DNA of 64,000 bases from Octopus bimaculoides (GCF_001194135.2 NC_068982.1:153558375-153622374); one strand, 5' to 3'. Shown: positions 38,701 through 51,729, counted from the first letter of the stretch. The notes: generated by a model from the sequence alone, not told the origin. Program-made: numbers and translations.

Positions 38701-39784
38701 TTGTGCTGTAACTCAGATCATGCCGCCTGGTGTTAACGTCTTAGGTAAATTAAAAGATGCATTCTGAAAATAATGCTGTTCTTCATGGAGCCTCGTCATG
38801 ACTTTTTAACTGTTCTATTTAAATTAAGTATATTTGTGCAAATTAGCTAATATTTTGTGAGTCAAGTTATTTATTAAATGATAATGCTTTCCCAGACGAA
38901 AGGTCTTGTTTTTACTAGCATTTTGGTTACAAAAATATGGATCCGAGAGGAGCTTATTTTCTTACTCTCATTATTGTAGTTGTTTGCTCATAGGACCATA
39001 CTTATTCAACAGAACAATAGTCAACCCCATTGAAGGAAAGACAGTGAAATTTTTGTCTGAGATATTGAGACACATTCCTATGTAGGATATATTTGACAGA
39101 TTAATGCCATTTCTATCAGGTCGAGAGACCCATTTGATGCTCCTCCTCCATTTATTTCTTGGTAATGTTACCACATATCACAAATCTCACACAGCTTGGG
39201 ACTCTTCCGTTAGCGTTAATATCGGAAGTAGCAATTCTTGATTACAATTGCATTATGAAGGAATTTCTTTATTGATTTGATGTAGTCCCCATATACTTTT
39301 AACTGTAAATACAATAAAGGATGTTTGATATTTCTCTTCAATTGGATGGATGATCATTGCTATAATTGCGACATCCGCCAAACAAAATAGGTAACTACAT
39401 TTTTTCAAGGCATATAATAAAACATTCAGCATTGTTCCACAAACGTGGATTTGTGGCTACAAACCAACCTAAAGCTCCATAATTCAACAGCCGATTGAAT
39501 AGTTTCATATCATTTACCAAATAATGCCTGACTAGTATATTTGGTGGTGAATAAATGGGCAATAATGGGCCTTGGCTGCTTCTGCCTCAAACTTATTTTA
39601 TAGGTTCTAAACAAGTATTAGCATATGCACCGTAATCCGTTCTAGTGCACAATTCTTAAACCTCATGTTCCCTCCGTAAACAAATCACTGAAGAATAGGA
39701 AAGAAAAGAATCTCAAAAATCACGCCGGGAAGATGCTGTTTCATCAAACAAACTGAAGAATAGATTAAACAAAACAACATTTAA

Positions 39785-39831
<47 letters not shown>

Positions 39832-39837
39832 AATGAC

Positions 39838-39887
<50 letters not shown>

Positions 39888-39915
39888 CTGTGATAACTAC
39901 TACCACGACGATGAT
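39785..39915. repeat. (GAT)n microsatellite
   Basis: Seen directly. Confidence 0.98.
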
Positions 39916-40792
39916 GAAGTTCTACAAAGGAAGTTCATAAGAGAGAAGAATTTTAAAAAAATTCCTTTTTCGAATACAAACAGTATAGTATTTCAAATAA
40001 GTTTCTTATAAAAGATTTGTAAAATTATACATCGTAAATTTTAAAAATACGTATATGAAAATATTAAAAATGAATTTGAAGCCCAAAGAAGAAATGTTTT
40101 TTTCCAGCGCTGAGTGTTTCTTTTCGCGCTGTATGTTTGTGTGTATGTGTGTGAGCGGGGAGGCGTGTGCGAGTGTATGTTTATGTGCCTCTGTATACAC
40201 GTGTGTACGTGATTGTATGTGCCTCTTTGATATTGTAGTTGTACACAATTATGTATTTGTAAGTGTACGTGTTCTCAGCATACATAAAAGAAGCGTAAAT
40301 ATGAATATGTAGTGATTAGACTATATTAATGTGTTTTTGAAACCTACAAAAGCAAATCACATGTACATAAATTTCATACATACATACATACGTACATACA
40401 TATATGCCTTCATACACACATACATACATGCATATACTGATTCCTGTATTTCATATATACACAAAGAAGAACGATGTACAAACAAACATATATACAATAC
40501 ATCATATTATATTCGTGCATGCGTTCTAAACATACTCAAAAAGTTCTACAGAAGCATTACATTACAAGTAAGATTATTTTTCCTTTTTGTTCGTTTATGT
40601 ACTGTTTACGCGTTGATATGTAACCGTATGTTAACTTTATATATCAGTATATTGGTGTGTGCCGGTACTCTTGAGCATTACTATTTTATGAATACATATA
40701 ATACACTTTCATACAGGACAAATTAACTGGTACACACTAATCTACGCATATAAACTTTCACATATTATTGTATGTCTGTGTATATATTTCCA

Positions 40793-40840
<48 letters not shown>

Positions 40841-40916
40841 TGTTGAGATGGTTAATAGGGATGTTTGTAAACAATGAACATCTTTACATACACACACACA
40901 TATATATGTATGTATG

Positions 40917-40982
<66 letters not shown>

Positions 40983-41191
40983 ATGTGTATATGTAGTTAT
41001 GTATGTATATATACGTATACATACACACTCACATATCTGTGCATGTTTTATGTATATAAAATGATACTACCATCTAAATTCTATATGAACAAAGAAGCAT
41101 GCATTTAGGCAGAGGTAAATGCACACATAAAGACAACATAGAAATGATATAATCCCTGCATTCATCCATCTATGTATGTCTACACACGCAC

Positions 41192-41446
41192 AAATTAATA
41201 ATAAGGAGAACAGAGATTTATATATCCAGTTTTATTCTGCTGTCAATCACGTCTTTCCATTTCTGAAGCTACATTTCTACACCTGAAGAAGCGGCAATTA
41301 ACACCAAAAAAGTACACCAAGGTGCAAAACTTTTCAGTGTACACGAAATTGCAGTAGAAATATATGTAGGATCAGAAATGGAAAGACCTGATTGACAGTA
41401 GAATAAAACTGGATATATAAATCTCTGGTCTACTTATTATTAATTT
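41192..41446. repeat. Foldback / MITE-like inverted repeat
   Basis: Arms 41192-41280 and 41354-41446 are reverse complements with 6 substitutions and one 4-nt indel; 73-nt spacer. Confidence 0.92.
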
Positions 41447-41647
41447 ATTTCTTCTCTGCCGACAACATGCAATCTCTATAGGGACATATGGATTTACTGA
41501 CATGAAGATCTACTGTGGATATCAAAATAACTGGGATTGTTTTTCTATTCTCACAGAGGTTAACCAGCATTATTAACCGGAAAAAAGTGAATATGGGACC
41601 TGCTAAGATTATCTATCCCTACCAATCAAATTTAGAAATATATATAC

Positions 41648-41731
<84 letters not shown>

Positions 41732-42540
41732 NNNNNNNNNNNNNNNNNNNNNNNNNNNNNNNNNNNNNNNNNNNNNNNNNNNNNNNNNNNNNNNNNNNNN
41801 NNNNNNNNNNNNNNNNNNNNNNNNNNNNNNNNNNNNNNNNNNNNNNNNNNNNNNNNNNNNNNNNNNNNNNNNNNNNNNNNNNNNNNNNNNNNNNNNNNNN
41901 NNNNNNNNNNNNNNNNNNNNNNNNNNNNNNNNNNNNNNNNNNNNNNNNNNNNNNNNNNNNNNNNNNNNNNNNNNNNNNNNNNNNNNNNNNNNNNNNNNNN
42001 NNNNNNNNNNNNNNNNNNNNNNNNNNNNNNNNNNNNNNNNNNNNNNNNNNNNNNNNNNNNNNNNNNNNNNNNNNNNNNNNNNNNNNNNNNNNNNNNNNNN
42101 NNNNNNNNNNNNNNNNNNNNNNNNNNNNNNNNNNNNNNNNNNNNNNNNNNNNNNNNNNNNNNNNNNNNNNNNNNNNNNNNNNNNNNNNNNNNNNNNNNNN
42201 NNNNNNNNNNNNNNNNNNNNNNNNNNNNNNNNNNNNNNNNNNNNNNNNNNNNNNNNNNNNNNNNNNNNNNNNNNNNNNNNNNNNNNNNNNNNNNNNNNNN
42301 NNNNNNNNNNNNNNNNNNNNNNNNNNNNNNNNNNNNNNNNNNNNNNNNNNNNNNNNNNNNNNNNNNNNNNNNNNNNNNNNNNNNNNNNNNNNNNNNNNNN
42401 NNNNNNNNNNNNNNNNNNNNNNNNNNNNNNNNNNNNNNNNNNNNNNNNNNNNNNNNNNNNNNNNNNNNNNNNNNNNNNNNNNNNNNNNNNNNNNNNNNNN
42501 NNNNNNNNNNNNNNNNNNNNNNNNNNNNNNNNNNNNNNNN
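41732..42540. other. Assembly gap (N run)
   Basis: N bases flanked by (GT)n and (TA)n. Confidence 1.
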
Positions 42541-42572
<32 letters not shown>

Positions 42573-42573
42573 C

Positions 42574-43492
42574 AATTAATCAAAGGACATACTAAGTATG
42601 TCTTCTCTAGAAATAACAGTCAAAACTCTTATTTAAATCGCCGAGAAAACGCTGATAATAACTGCAGAAATCAACCGTCTGGGGGCAAACGGGCTAAGAC
42701 TATCTCTCAACATACATTGAAATATTTGGACACCCGTATTATAGCCTCACCTCCATAGCACGTGTTACCATGATGGAAATCCCGACCCGTCACACCGAAG
42801 TATGTGCTCCAACTGATACATTTTGCGCCGAATCATAGCATCCACCAATGTTAAAATAATTTCAATGCAGTCTTTATAAGGACATATGGATATACCGATG
42901 TGAAGATCTACTGTGAATAGCAAATTAACTGGAGTTTTCCTACACTCGCGGAGGTTAGCCAGAATTATTAACCGGTAAAAGTGAATACGGAACCCGCTAA
43001 GATTGTATATGCCTACCAATCTAATTTGGACAAATCCTTGAGCTATTTAATGCTTTTTGGGGCCTGCAATCGCTTATATTCTTGATTCTGTTAATATCAT
43101 TTTTAATTATTCTACTAGATAATAACAGTCAAAAATATCTTCGCAAATATTTTCTTCTGAATTATTTGCTCCGCATTGAAATTATTTTCACACTGGTGGC
43201 TGCTATGGTTCGATGGAAAACGAATCAGTTGCAGCGCAGTCTTCAACGTGACGAGTTGGAGCTTTCCATCATGGTAATCCGTGCTGAGGAAGGTGAGGCT
43301 ATAATGCCAGTCTAGAAGCCGGTCCACGGGAGTCAAAATACTTGAATGTATATTGAGAGATTGTCGTAGCCCGTTTGGCCGTAGACGGTTGATTTTTGTA
43401 GCTATTATCAGTGTATTTTTCGGTGATTTAAATAAGAGTTTTGATTGTTATTTCCAGTAAGTAAACATACTTAGTATGTCCTTTGATTAATT
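42574..43492. repeat. Long imperfect inverted repeat (~300-bp arms)
   Basis: 42574-42868 aligns to the reverse complement of 43173-43492 (e.g. aattaatcaaaggacatactaagtatg, aaatcaaccgtct, attatagcctcacct, ttaccatgatggaaa, aaaataatttcaatgc); ~300-nt spacer. Confidence 0.9.
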
Positions 43493-43860
43493 TTTATCCT
43501 TCAACTATTTAAAGTGACACTGAACTTTCATGCGCAATAAGTCTGTCAGTATAGAATGAGAATGCAAAGGACTTCAGCATCGCATGCTCGTGTGATTAAG
43601 ATGAGACGGTCGTATCTCTGAGCCATTTCTGTATGCCAAGGAAAAAAAAGACAAGCGAACGAGCGAAATTAAAGTACAACAACTGCACCCAAAATACACT
43701 GATGATCATAAAATCTTGGAAACTGGAGAAAAAAACCCTACTCTAAATTATTTATCTCGAGGGAAAACATAACATGATGAGGGGTGGAGTGGGAATTTGA
43801 AACAAATCGCATCAAGAATAAGCAGATCAAGAAATATATATATATATATATATATATATA

Positions 43861-44089
43861 NNNNNNNNNNNNNNNNNNNNNNNNNNNNNNNNNNNNNNNN
43901 NNNNNNNNNNNNNNNNNNNNNNNNNNNNNNNNNNNNNNNNNNNNNNNNNNNNNNNNNNNNNNNNNNNNNNNNNNNNNNNNNNNNNNNNNNNNNNNNNNNN
44001 NNNNNNNNNNNNNNNNNNNNNNNNNNNNNNNNNNNNNNNNNNNNNNNNNNNNNNNNNNNNNNNNNNNNNNNNNNNNNNNNNNNNNNNNN
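43861..44089. other. Assembly gap (N run)
   Basis: N bases flanked by (TA)n. Confidence 1.
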
Positions 44090-44169
<80 letters not shown>

Positions 44170-44439
44170 ATGTATGTATTTATTTATGTATGCATGTATA
44201 AACGTTCACACACAACGCATATGAACACGCAGTGACAAATTTTAAACAAATATTCATCTTCATCCTTTCACAAAATATCTTCTCCGAACTAACGACATGC
44301 TTTCTCGTAATTTTAACCTATCTAAAGGTATAATAATCCCCAACCTACACTTCACTCCAGGATTCAGTGGGATAAGTGACAATAGGACAGAATATGAAGC
44401 ACGGCAAATACCTGCAATGGACCGGTGTCATATGTTAAT

Positions 44440-44720
44440 AACACCTATAAGGAGGGGCTTTTTCCAGGAGTAACTGATGTCGTCTGACGGTATCCAACGT
44501 TCATCGGGTGTTTCGACCCTGACCCGTAACACATTCCCGTTGGTGGGTCAGCAGTGGTGCCCAAGTCACTACTCCTCATCTCCTCCTGGCTTCCAGCTTA
44601 ACTTTTCTCTCTTGCTCCAAAGCCAACAGAAGGCTCTTTCAGCTGTCCCTCCCATCCTTCGTTCCTTACCTGTCATTCCAGTGTCAGTTAATAATTCTTG
44701 TAGGCGATGATGTATTGAAT
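44440..44720 (-). mobile_element. 3' end of a HERO/R2-like RLE non-LTR retrotransposon
   Basis: Minus peptide GMTGKERR..AERAFCWLWSKREKLSW resembles the AE..S.WLW..R...W C-terminus of HERO-type ORFs, followed by a GC-rich 3' UTR. Confidence 0.55.
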
Positions 44721-45911
44721 GAAGAAGCAAAACTTCCTTAATGAATTAATCTTTCCTCAAAAAATCTTAAAAGGAAGAGCATCCAGCTGCCAATTACAAG
44801 AAACTCTCAATGGAACGGAGAGGTAATTAAAAGAAATTTTAGGTTTCAGGAATTTTAATTTTATGACTTTCAGGAATTTTAATTCCTATGACTAATTATG
44901 GTGTAATGTATTTTTGCCGTACATAGCATCGCTAAACTAGTGGCATCATCAACAATCGGATATGAATATCAAGGATTGATACAGTGGTAACGAGACGACA
45001 ATAAAAAAGGGAAAAAATTTTCAATTAGTTTAGAGACTTTGACAGCAAAAATACCAGGATAAATAAAAAAATATCTAAGGTTTAACGCAGTAACAAGCGC
45101 AGTTAGACTGACATAGTAAACTTTTACGTTAAAAATATAACAAGACAAAACCGAAAGATAATTAGTTACTCTAACGTTCCTGTGAGCAAATATCTAAGAG
45201 AACAAATATTGGTATTTTTGCGAGCTTAATTGACAAAGAATCACAGAGTGGGAAAATAAGGGGTCACAAAGAAAGAAAGAAAAGGAGAGACGGGGAGAGA
45301 TAATATAGGAAAGACGAAGGAAATAAGACTGACATTAAATATGGTCACAACAATTTATGCAACTTTGAAGTATAAAAGTCTGCATCACTATCAAAAATTG
45401 GAGAAATGGGGTAGAATTGATCAGAACACATAAAAGACGAAGCAAATGGAACGTACTCATCGTCAGCTGTCTCTCTAAGGAATTTATTGATATCCACGTC
45501 CTCGGGAGATTACTGCCCTAGTGTCAATGACTTTTACTTTACAATGTTGTTTACATTGATGTGACCATTGTGCTTTCATTATCACTTTTATTTCTTTCAG
45601 ACTCTCTCTCTCTCTCCCTATTTTGAAACTTTACCTCACTTCTTTCCAGCCATTCTTTCTTATATGCGTTATTCTGCTCTCCCAATATTCCACTGTCTTC
45701 TCGTTTAACTTTTGTGGGAAAACTATTTCGTTTTCGCTTCCTTGCACCGTCTCCATCTCTGTCTCCATAGATCCGTATCAGTCTCTTATTGCTCAATTTA
45801 TCTAACTAAACTATCCTTCGTCGTAAAATTTTCTGCACCACCTTTAGCAGACCAACTACTGGTATCTTCTTCCAGCGTGACAAAGAGAGACAAATCGACC
45901 AACAAAATGTC

Positions 45912-45961
45912 TTAACACATATCTTAAAGTTATATATATATAACTTTAAGATATGTGTTAA
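45912..45961. repeat. Perfect 50-bp palindrome centred on (TA)n
   Basis: ttaacacatatcttaaagttatata|tatataactttaagatatgtgttaa. Confidence 0.97.
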
Positions 45962-45989
45962 ATATACATGAACAGAACATGTGTTTTTG

Positions 45990-46150
45990 TTTTTTTTTTC
46001 ATTTTCTCTCTATTTCCTCTTATTCCTTTCTGTCGAAAAGCGTAGTCTCGAAACGTAAAAGACTTCCATTTTCCCGAGCGTGAAACTAATACACCTGCTT
46101 GTTGTTCCTACACCGGTCTTCGTTTTTTTTTTCTATAAATTTGAACTATA
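45990..46150 (+). repeat. Hammerhead-bearing repeat, copy E
   Basis: 46026-46061: CUUU-CUGUCGA-A-AAGC(GUAG)UCUC-GAAAC-GUA^AAAG, then ttcccgagcgtgaaactaatacacctgcttgttg; ends in (TA)n. Confidence 0.82.
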
Positions 46151-46171
46151 TTATATATATACATATATATA

Positions 46172-46332
46172 NNNNNNNNNNNNNNNNNNNNNNNNNNNNN
46201 NNNNNNNNNNNNNNNNNNNNNNNNNNNNNNNNNNNNNNNNNNNNNNNNNNNNNNNNNNNNNNNNNNNNNNNNNNNNNNNNNNNNNNNNNNNNNNNNNNNN
46301 NNNNNNNNNNNNNNNNNNNNNNNNNNNNNNNN
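46172..46332. other. Assembly gap (N run)
   Basis: N bases flanked by TA-rich repeats. Confidence 1.
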
Positions 46333-46364
46333 TATATATATATATATATATATATTCTTTCCTA

Positions 46365-46670
46365 CTCTAAGCATAAGGTTCGAAATGTTTGGGGAGGGCG
46401 CCAGTCGATTAGATCCAGTACGCAACTGCTACTTAATTTATCGGCTCCGAAAGGATGAATGGCAAAGTCGACCCGGGCGGTATTTGAACTCAGAACGTAA
46501 AGACAGACGAAATACCGCTAAGCATCTCGCCCGACCTGCTAAGGTTTCTGCCAGCTCGCCGCCTTAATATATGCACAAATATTCTGTTCTACTATAGGCA
46601 CAAGGTACTTAATTTATCGTTCCCGAATGGATGAAAGGCAAAGTCGACTTCGGTGGAATTTGAACTCATT
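46365..46670 (-). mobile_element. tRNA-derived SINE (46365-46566) plus a partial second copy (~46595-46670)
   Basis: Reverse complement starts ggcggcgagctggcagaaac (A-box-like) and carries gttctgagttcaaatac (B-box-like); homologous to 51730-51912. Confidence 0.85.
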
Positions 46671-47049
46671 TCTATATTTTCTTACTTCTCTTTCTCAGAT
46701 GTCATTATACTTAACTTATTGGGAATCCTTACTCAATATCATGATCCTTATGCTGAGCTATTCAAGAGACAGCTGTGTCATATTTCTATTCTCTATTTAA
46801 ATTTCTTTTTAGGTGATTTTCTTTTTTAATTTATATCCAGCTATTTCTACCCACCTCTGGAGTTCTAGTGGTATACCAAACTGAGCACTCATATTACATA
46901 CCTATTACATACCTATTACATTATGTCAGTTGATGGAAACTCCTTGTATAAGGAAGGTCTATATGTATGTGTGCGTATGTGTGTGTAATATATATGTGTG
47001 TGCGTATATATAATATATATATATATATGTGTATATATATATATATATG

Positions 47050-47101
<52 letters not shown>

Positions 47102-47537
47102 AATATCGATCACATATATGTTATCAAGTATCCGTAGCTCTTATTTTAATACAGTGTACATTAAATGGTATACATAAAATATTTAAAACGACATTTAAAG
47201 TACTAATACCAAAAGTAATATAGTAATATTTATCGACACTTAAACGTGTACCCTGTGTTAGAACAGAGAATATAGTAATAGTTACCACGTGAGAACCTCT
47301 CATATTGTTTTGTGGTGCTTACAAGCACTCTTGTTTACATTGATAGCGAGAGACAATCATCGCCACTTTGCGTAATTCAATATTTTGACCTTCCTTGGCC
47401 CCTTCAGTTGTAAACTCGTCACCGCTGGAAGTAGTAGAGACTGCACCGCTAGTGATATACATAGAATCACAGTGTCTAATCAGGCACCAGTTTCACAGAT
47501 AGTCAGTGGGTTCCACTAAATAAAAGAAAGCTAACAT

Positions 47538-49100
47538 AGAATGCTTTAAAAAAAGGGAAACTTTTGTCATTCTAAAAGATCCCAAAACTAACTTCAGTAA
47601 TAACCCCATTTATAGATTGTTAAACCCAGCAAGGACTGAAATCGGGCTAGTGGCCAAAACAAAAAAATGCCAAAAAATATTTGGATCAAAATCAGAGAGT
47701 CTACTGTGCTACTACAATGGGATACTAGTAATACAGTAATAGATCGGTTTAAGGATTTAGATAAGTATTACTAGTACATTTACACAGTTCTATGATTTTT
47801 ATCTTTTTATATCGAGAGACCCTGTAGACCTAGAATTCATCATGCGAGAGAAACAGTACTATTCAAATAAACCTGAAAATCACTATCACTATTGACTTAT
47901 CAAAAGTCGATATTTTAGATGTTATAGCAAATCTAAACTGTCACTCATATGAACCATAACATAAGCGCAATGAGGAACTTCCCTATATAAGCAAACAGTT
48001 CTGTTACCACACTGCTGTGTTGAAAAACCTGATAGCTAACATTTGCAATTGGTTATCCAACCTGTCTTCGTCTAAAGAAATTTTTGATAAAGCGGCCCCA
48101 CTACCATAACAATGTTCTAGCTAACAGTGGCTGCAACGGTAAGTTATATAACAGCCCTTCTATGAATAATACGTATAATAATATATAGGCCTAAGAATAG
48201 CCCTAGCAAAATAATGTGATTCGATAAATGTTGGAACTAACATTTATCTGTCCCTCTTAGATAAGCATTTCCCCAAAAAATCATAAATACTGAAAGATCT
48301 TTATCAAACACTCAACTAAGTTATCATATAGCTCCTACCCCAATATAAAGAGCATCATTACCTGCAAACACCACCAAGACCACATTACCAGTTGTAACAT
48401 TCGAGGCCCGGGAACTTGCCCACTCGACTAGGAGTGCGCGACAAAATCCGTCATATATGAGGCAGACGTTACAACGACGTTATATAATTTATCCAAAACG
48501 AAAACTTACATCGTGTTATGCAAAAGCGATTTCGAAAGTCTTGTTTCCGGTATTTTGGCAAAAGTAAATCCACTAATTTGGCTAGACACGTAGGCGGTTT
48601 GAAGATCAGCTCCAAATAGAAAGTCGCTGAAAAATCGATGTCACATGTATGTATACATGTTATGTATAGCTGAAATATCACATATCCTTTTTACATCTAG
48701 GAATTCCACTGCGCTGTTGAATTTCAGATCAGGAATTTTCAGGGCATGTAAGCATATTGACAAGTTTCTTTTGACGAATTGAAGAACTTCACAATCTCCT
48801 GTTTGAACAGCTGTTTTGAAGATTTTAGACTTCTTCTGTTCATTGCACATCATCTAATCTTACGACTCTACGATTAGAAGGGACATAACTATAATTCTCC
48901 CTTTTTTTTTCTTTTTTTCTTTTTGTCTCTCTTTTCGACTTTTTTCACCATTCCACTTTTTGAACCCCTCATCATCTCGTTTCTTCTCGTGACTGCCCTT
49001 GTTCGATTATCTTGATTTGTAATTTACTTAGGCCCTGTACCCACAGACTGAAGATTGCTTAGAGACACTAGGCACTTTTAAAACCTGCCTAGTTAATATC
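47538..49100 (+). mobile_element. Penelope-like retroelement pseudogene (RT, thumb, GIY-YIG, 3' UTR)
   Basis: RT: TFVILKDPKTNFSNNPIYRLLNPARTEIGLVAK. Thumb: LKITITIDLSKVDILDV..LSNLSSSKEIFDKAAP. Endonuclease: CNIRGPGTCPLD..CATKSVIYEADVTT..KTYI, FRYFGKSKSTNLARHV, LLNFRSGIFRACKHIDKFLL. Many stops and deletions. Confidence 0.9.
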
Positions 49101-49199
49101 TTCAATGTATGAAATCATTAGTGCTCATAACTATATATTGTGTACATTACGCAATATTTATTTCATCAGATAGGGCACTATTTTTTTATCTACCTGAAC

Positions 49200-49252
<53 letters not shown>

Positions 49253-49718
49253 ACTTATATATGTATATACATTAATAAATTTATATCAGCAAAGGATCTC
49301 AACTTTAGCGAAAACAGCTTTAAGACAACTGCTCTTGTTATGATATCTGCAACATTAGTCATCGAACCAGTTGTTCATACTCTCTTATCACTCACATCGC
49401 TAGAAATTCTGTGTGAACCAGTTGAAAGCCTGTATTCAACAACAAAAAATTGATATTACAGTACAAATTATAAAGTAAATAGATGAAAATATTTTTGTCA
49501 CACTGTAGCAAGTTAATGCTCTGAATTTAGCTTCTAAACAGCATTTATAGCTATAGGTGATAATCACAATTTAGTTTCGAAGATATATTTATTATACATA
49601 GTCAATTTTTGATGGACTCTTGTTTGTTACTACTTGGTTTATAATTGATTAGCACATTATTTTTAAAACTACATGAATGGCACCGGCTAATTGTTGACAT
49701 CTCTTGATAGCATTATCA

Positions 49719-49860
49719 GTTTCCGGTATTTTGGCAAAAGTAAATCTACTAAGTTGGCTAGACACGTAGGCGGCTAAAAGATCAGCTCCACATAGAAAGT
49801 CGCTGAAAAACCGATGTCACATTTTAATGGGTAAAAAAATGTAAGTTGTGTATAGCTGAA
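49719..49860 (+). mobile_element. Partial direct duplicate of the PLE endonuclease 3' region
   Basis: 49719-49822 matches 48543-48646 (104 bp, 7 mismatches). Confidence 0.9.
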
Positions 49861-49879
49861 AGCTAATTGCTAATTGCCC

Positions 49880-50340
49880 CCAACAAATTGTTATCATCTG
49901 ATTATCATAGCTTTATTTTTGTCATCGGATTGTTGTGAATATATGATTTTTACCGCATGATAATTTTCATCATCTATCTTGAATTATCATCTGGTTCCTT
50001 GTAGCGTTGTTACCCGACTGTTTTTCCTTTGCACCTAATTTTGTTTTGGCATTGATTGCTCTCAAACCTCATTGTCATCATGTAATAATTGCTAAAGCCT
50101 GATTGTCAAACCCTGATATTCACTTCTTAAATAACCACTCGTGGATTGTCACAACATGAATATCGCATCCTGATACACATACACAGAATCACATTGTCAC
50201 TCTCTCACACACATTATCACTGCTGTATTTGTCCCATTTCTTTGTTGCTACCAGATTCTAAGCGTTGATTCACTATCGGATTAACATCCTTGGATTGCCT
50301 CAACCCGATTATCATCACGTGATTGCCGCCTCCACCTCCA
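49880..50340. repeat. Degenerate ~14-bp minisatellite (approx. CCTGATTGTCAAAC)
   Basis: Recurring ctgattatcat, ctgattgtcaa, ggattgtcac, cgattatcat, tgattgccgc units. Confidence 0.5.
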
Positions 50341-51480
50341 TTCCATCAATTACCATTTCTTTTTTACATTTTTGCCAGTAAATCACTAGTTTATGTGAAT
50401 CTATTCAGTTGGGTTCTAGACATAATGAACTAGATTAACTAAACAAGACTTCATGTTGGCTTGCACTTGTATTATTTATGCTATTTTAACAGAAATTTGA
50501 TATAGTTTATTCTAGGAGATACTGTTTATCTGTTAAAGAGAATATGAAGATTAATGAGGCAAAATGCTTGTTATCGGGAAAAAGTGTCAACAGGATTAAA
50601 TTTGAATATTGTTATTAACATCACTCTCTTATCAGCAGTATCTACCAAATTTACATCGTCGTCATCGTCGTCATAATCGTCATGGATGTCTTAGTCATGA
50701 CCATCTTCAATTTCCTCTTCTCTTTTGCTTGCGTATCAGTATCACAGTCATCCACTTTATCGTTACGTTCATCTTCAATATAACAAAACCATCATCAGCA
50801 ATATATTTAAGGAAAATGCCATTATGAAAACTCCTCGGAAAAGTAAAATATAATTAAAGACGTATCAAATAATTCTAGAGGATAAAAGATTGGAATTAAA
50901 AGATGGCAGTTGAGGATTTAGGATCAGGAGAGATCTTATTAAAAGGGCTGAGAATGTATACATCTAACATCAATGTCAACATTATCTGAATGCTATAAAA
51001 ATAAATATCACTGATAAGGTACATCCGATAGGGATAAATACTAGTTAAACTATACACACTTTTTCGTATATTTCGATTTTCATATATTTATTTGTTACTG
51101 TTTCCCTTTACAAATTCTTCCACCACATGCAATAAAAATACAATTAGAGTAGTGTCAATTAAAATAAACCATCGGCCTAACAGACTTAGCAACAACGTCG
51201 ACGAAAGTTATCAATAATACATTTTACACAGGCCGACATGTGTAGGGAAGTGAATAGCGGATTGAATCAAACTATTATATGAAGTACAAACCCCACTTTG
51301 TTATAAAGCTCCTACCCATACTTGCTGAATAAATGCACTAAAGGAATATTCGTTTTGGATTCTATCCAGAGGTGCATCGTTCCTTCCTTCAGTTACCAGG
51401 GACTTTTGGACACAGCAGGAACGCGTATATCACGGTTTAGTTCATTTATTTGACTCTCTATTTCGTTCGCCTTCACAATT

Positions 51481-51481
51481 A

Positions 51482-51558
<77 letters not shown>
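51481..51558. repeat. (CT)n microsatellite
   Basis: Seen directly. Confidence 0.98.
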
Positions 51559-51561
<3 letters not shown>

Positions 51562-51729
51562 TTCCTATGTATGTATCTATCTATCTGCATTATCTTTCTA
51601 TCTCATTTTTATTCTCCTTACTCTCTCACTTATTGGACAATTCTGAATGACCAACCAGCATTATCCATAAAAAATACTGTAAACTGCCCAGTGGTTTTAT
51701 AAATAGCTACTAATACCTAGAGCATATAC

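Noticed and set aside
41283-41350. CTGAAGA...GAAA inside the hairpin spacer as a hammerhead
   Set aside because: No pairing for helix II, III or I in register.
48510-48626. Apparent minus-strand exon with good AG/GT sites and a near-duplicate at 49.7-49.8 kb (looked like an exon duplication)
   Set aside because: The plus strand encodes the PLE GIY-YIG C-terminus (FRYFGKSKSTNLARHV...CKHIDKFLL), so the open minus frames are antisense shadows of the TE.
50600-50800. Asp/Thr-rich minus-strand reading
   Set aside because: Decayed (GAT/GAC)n trinucleotide repeat with stops.
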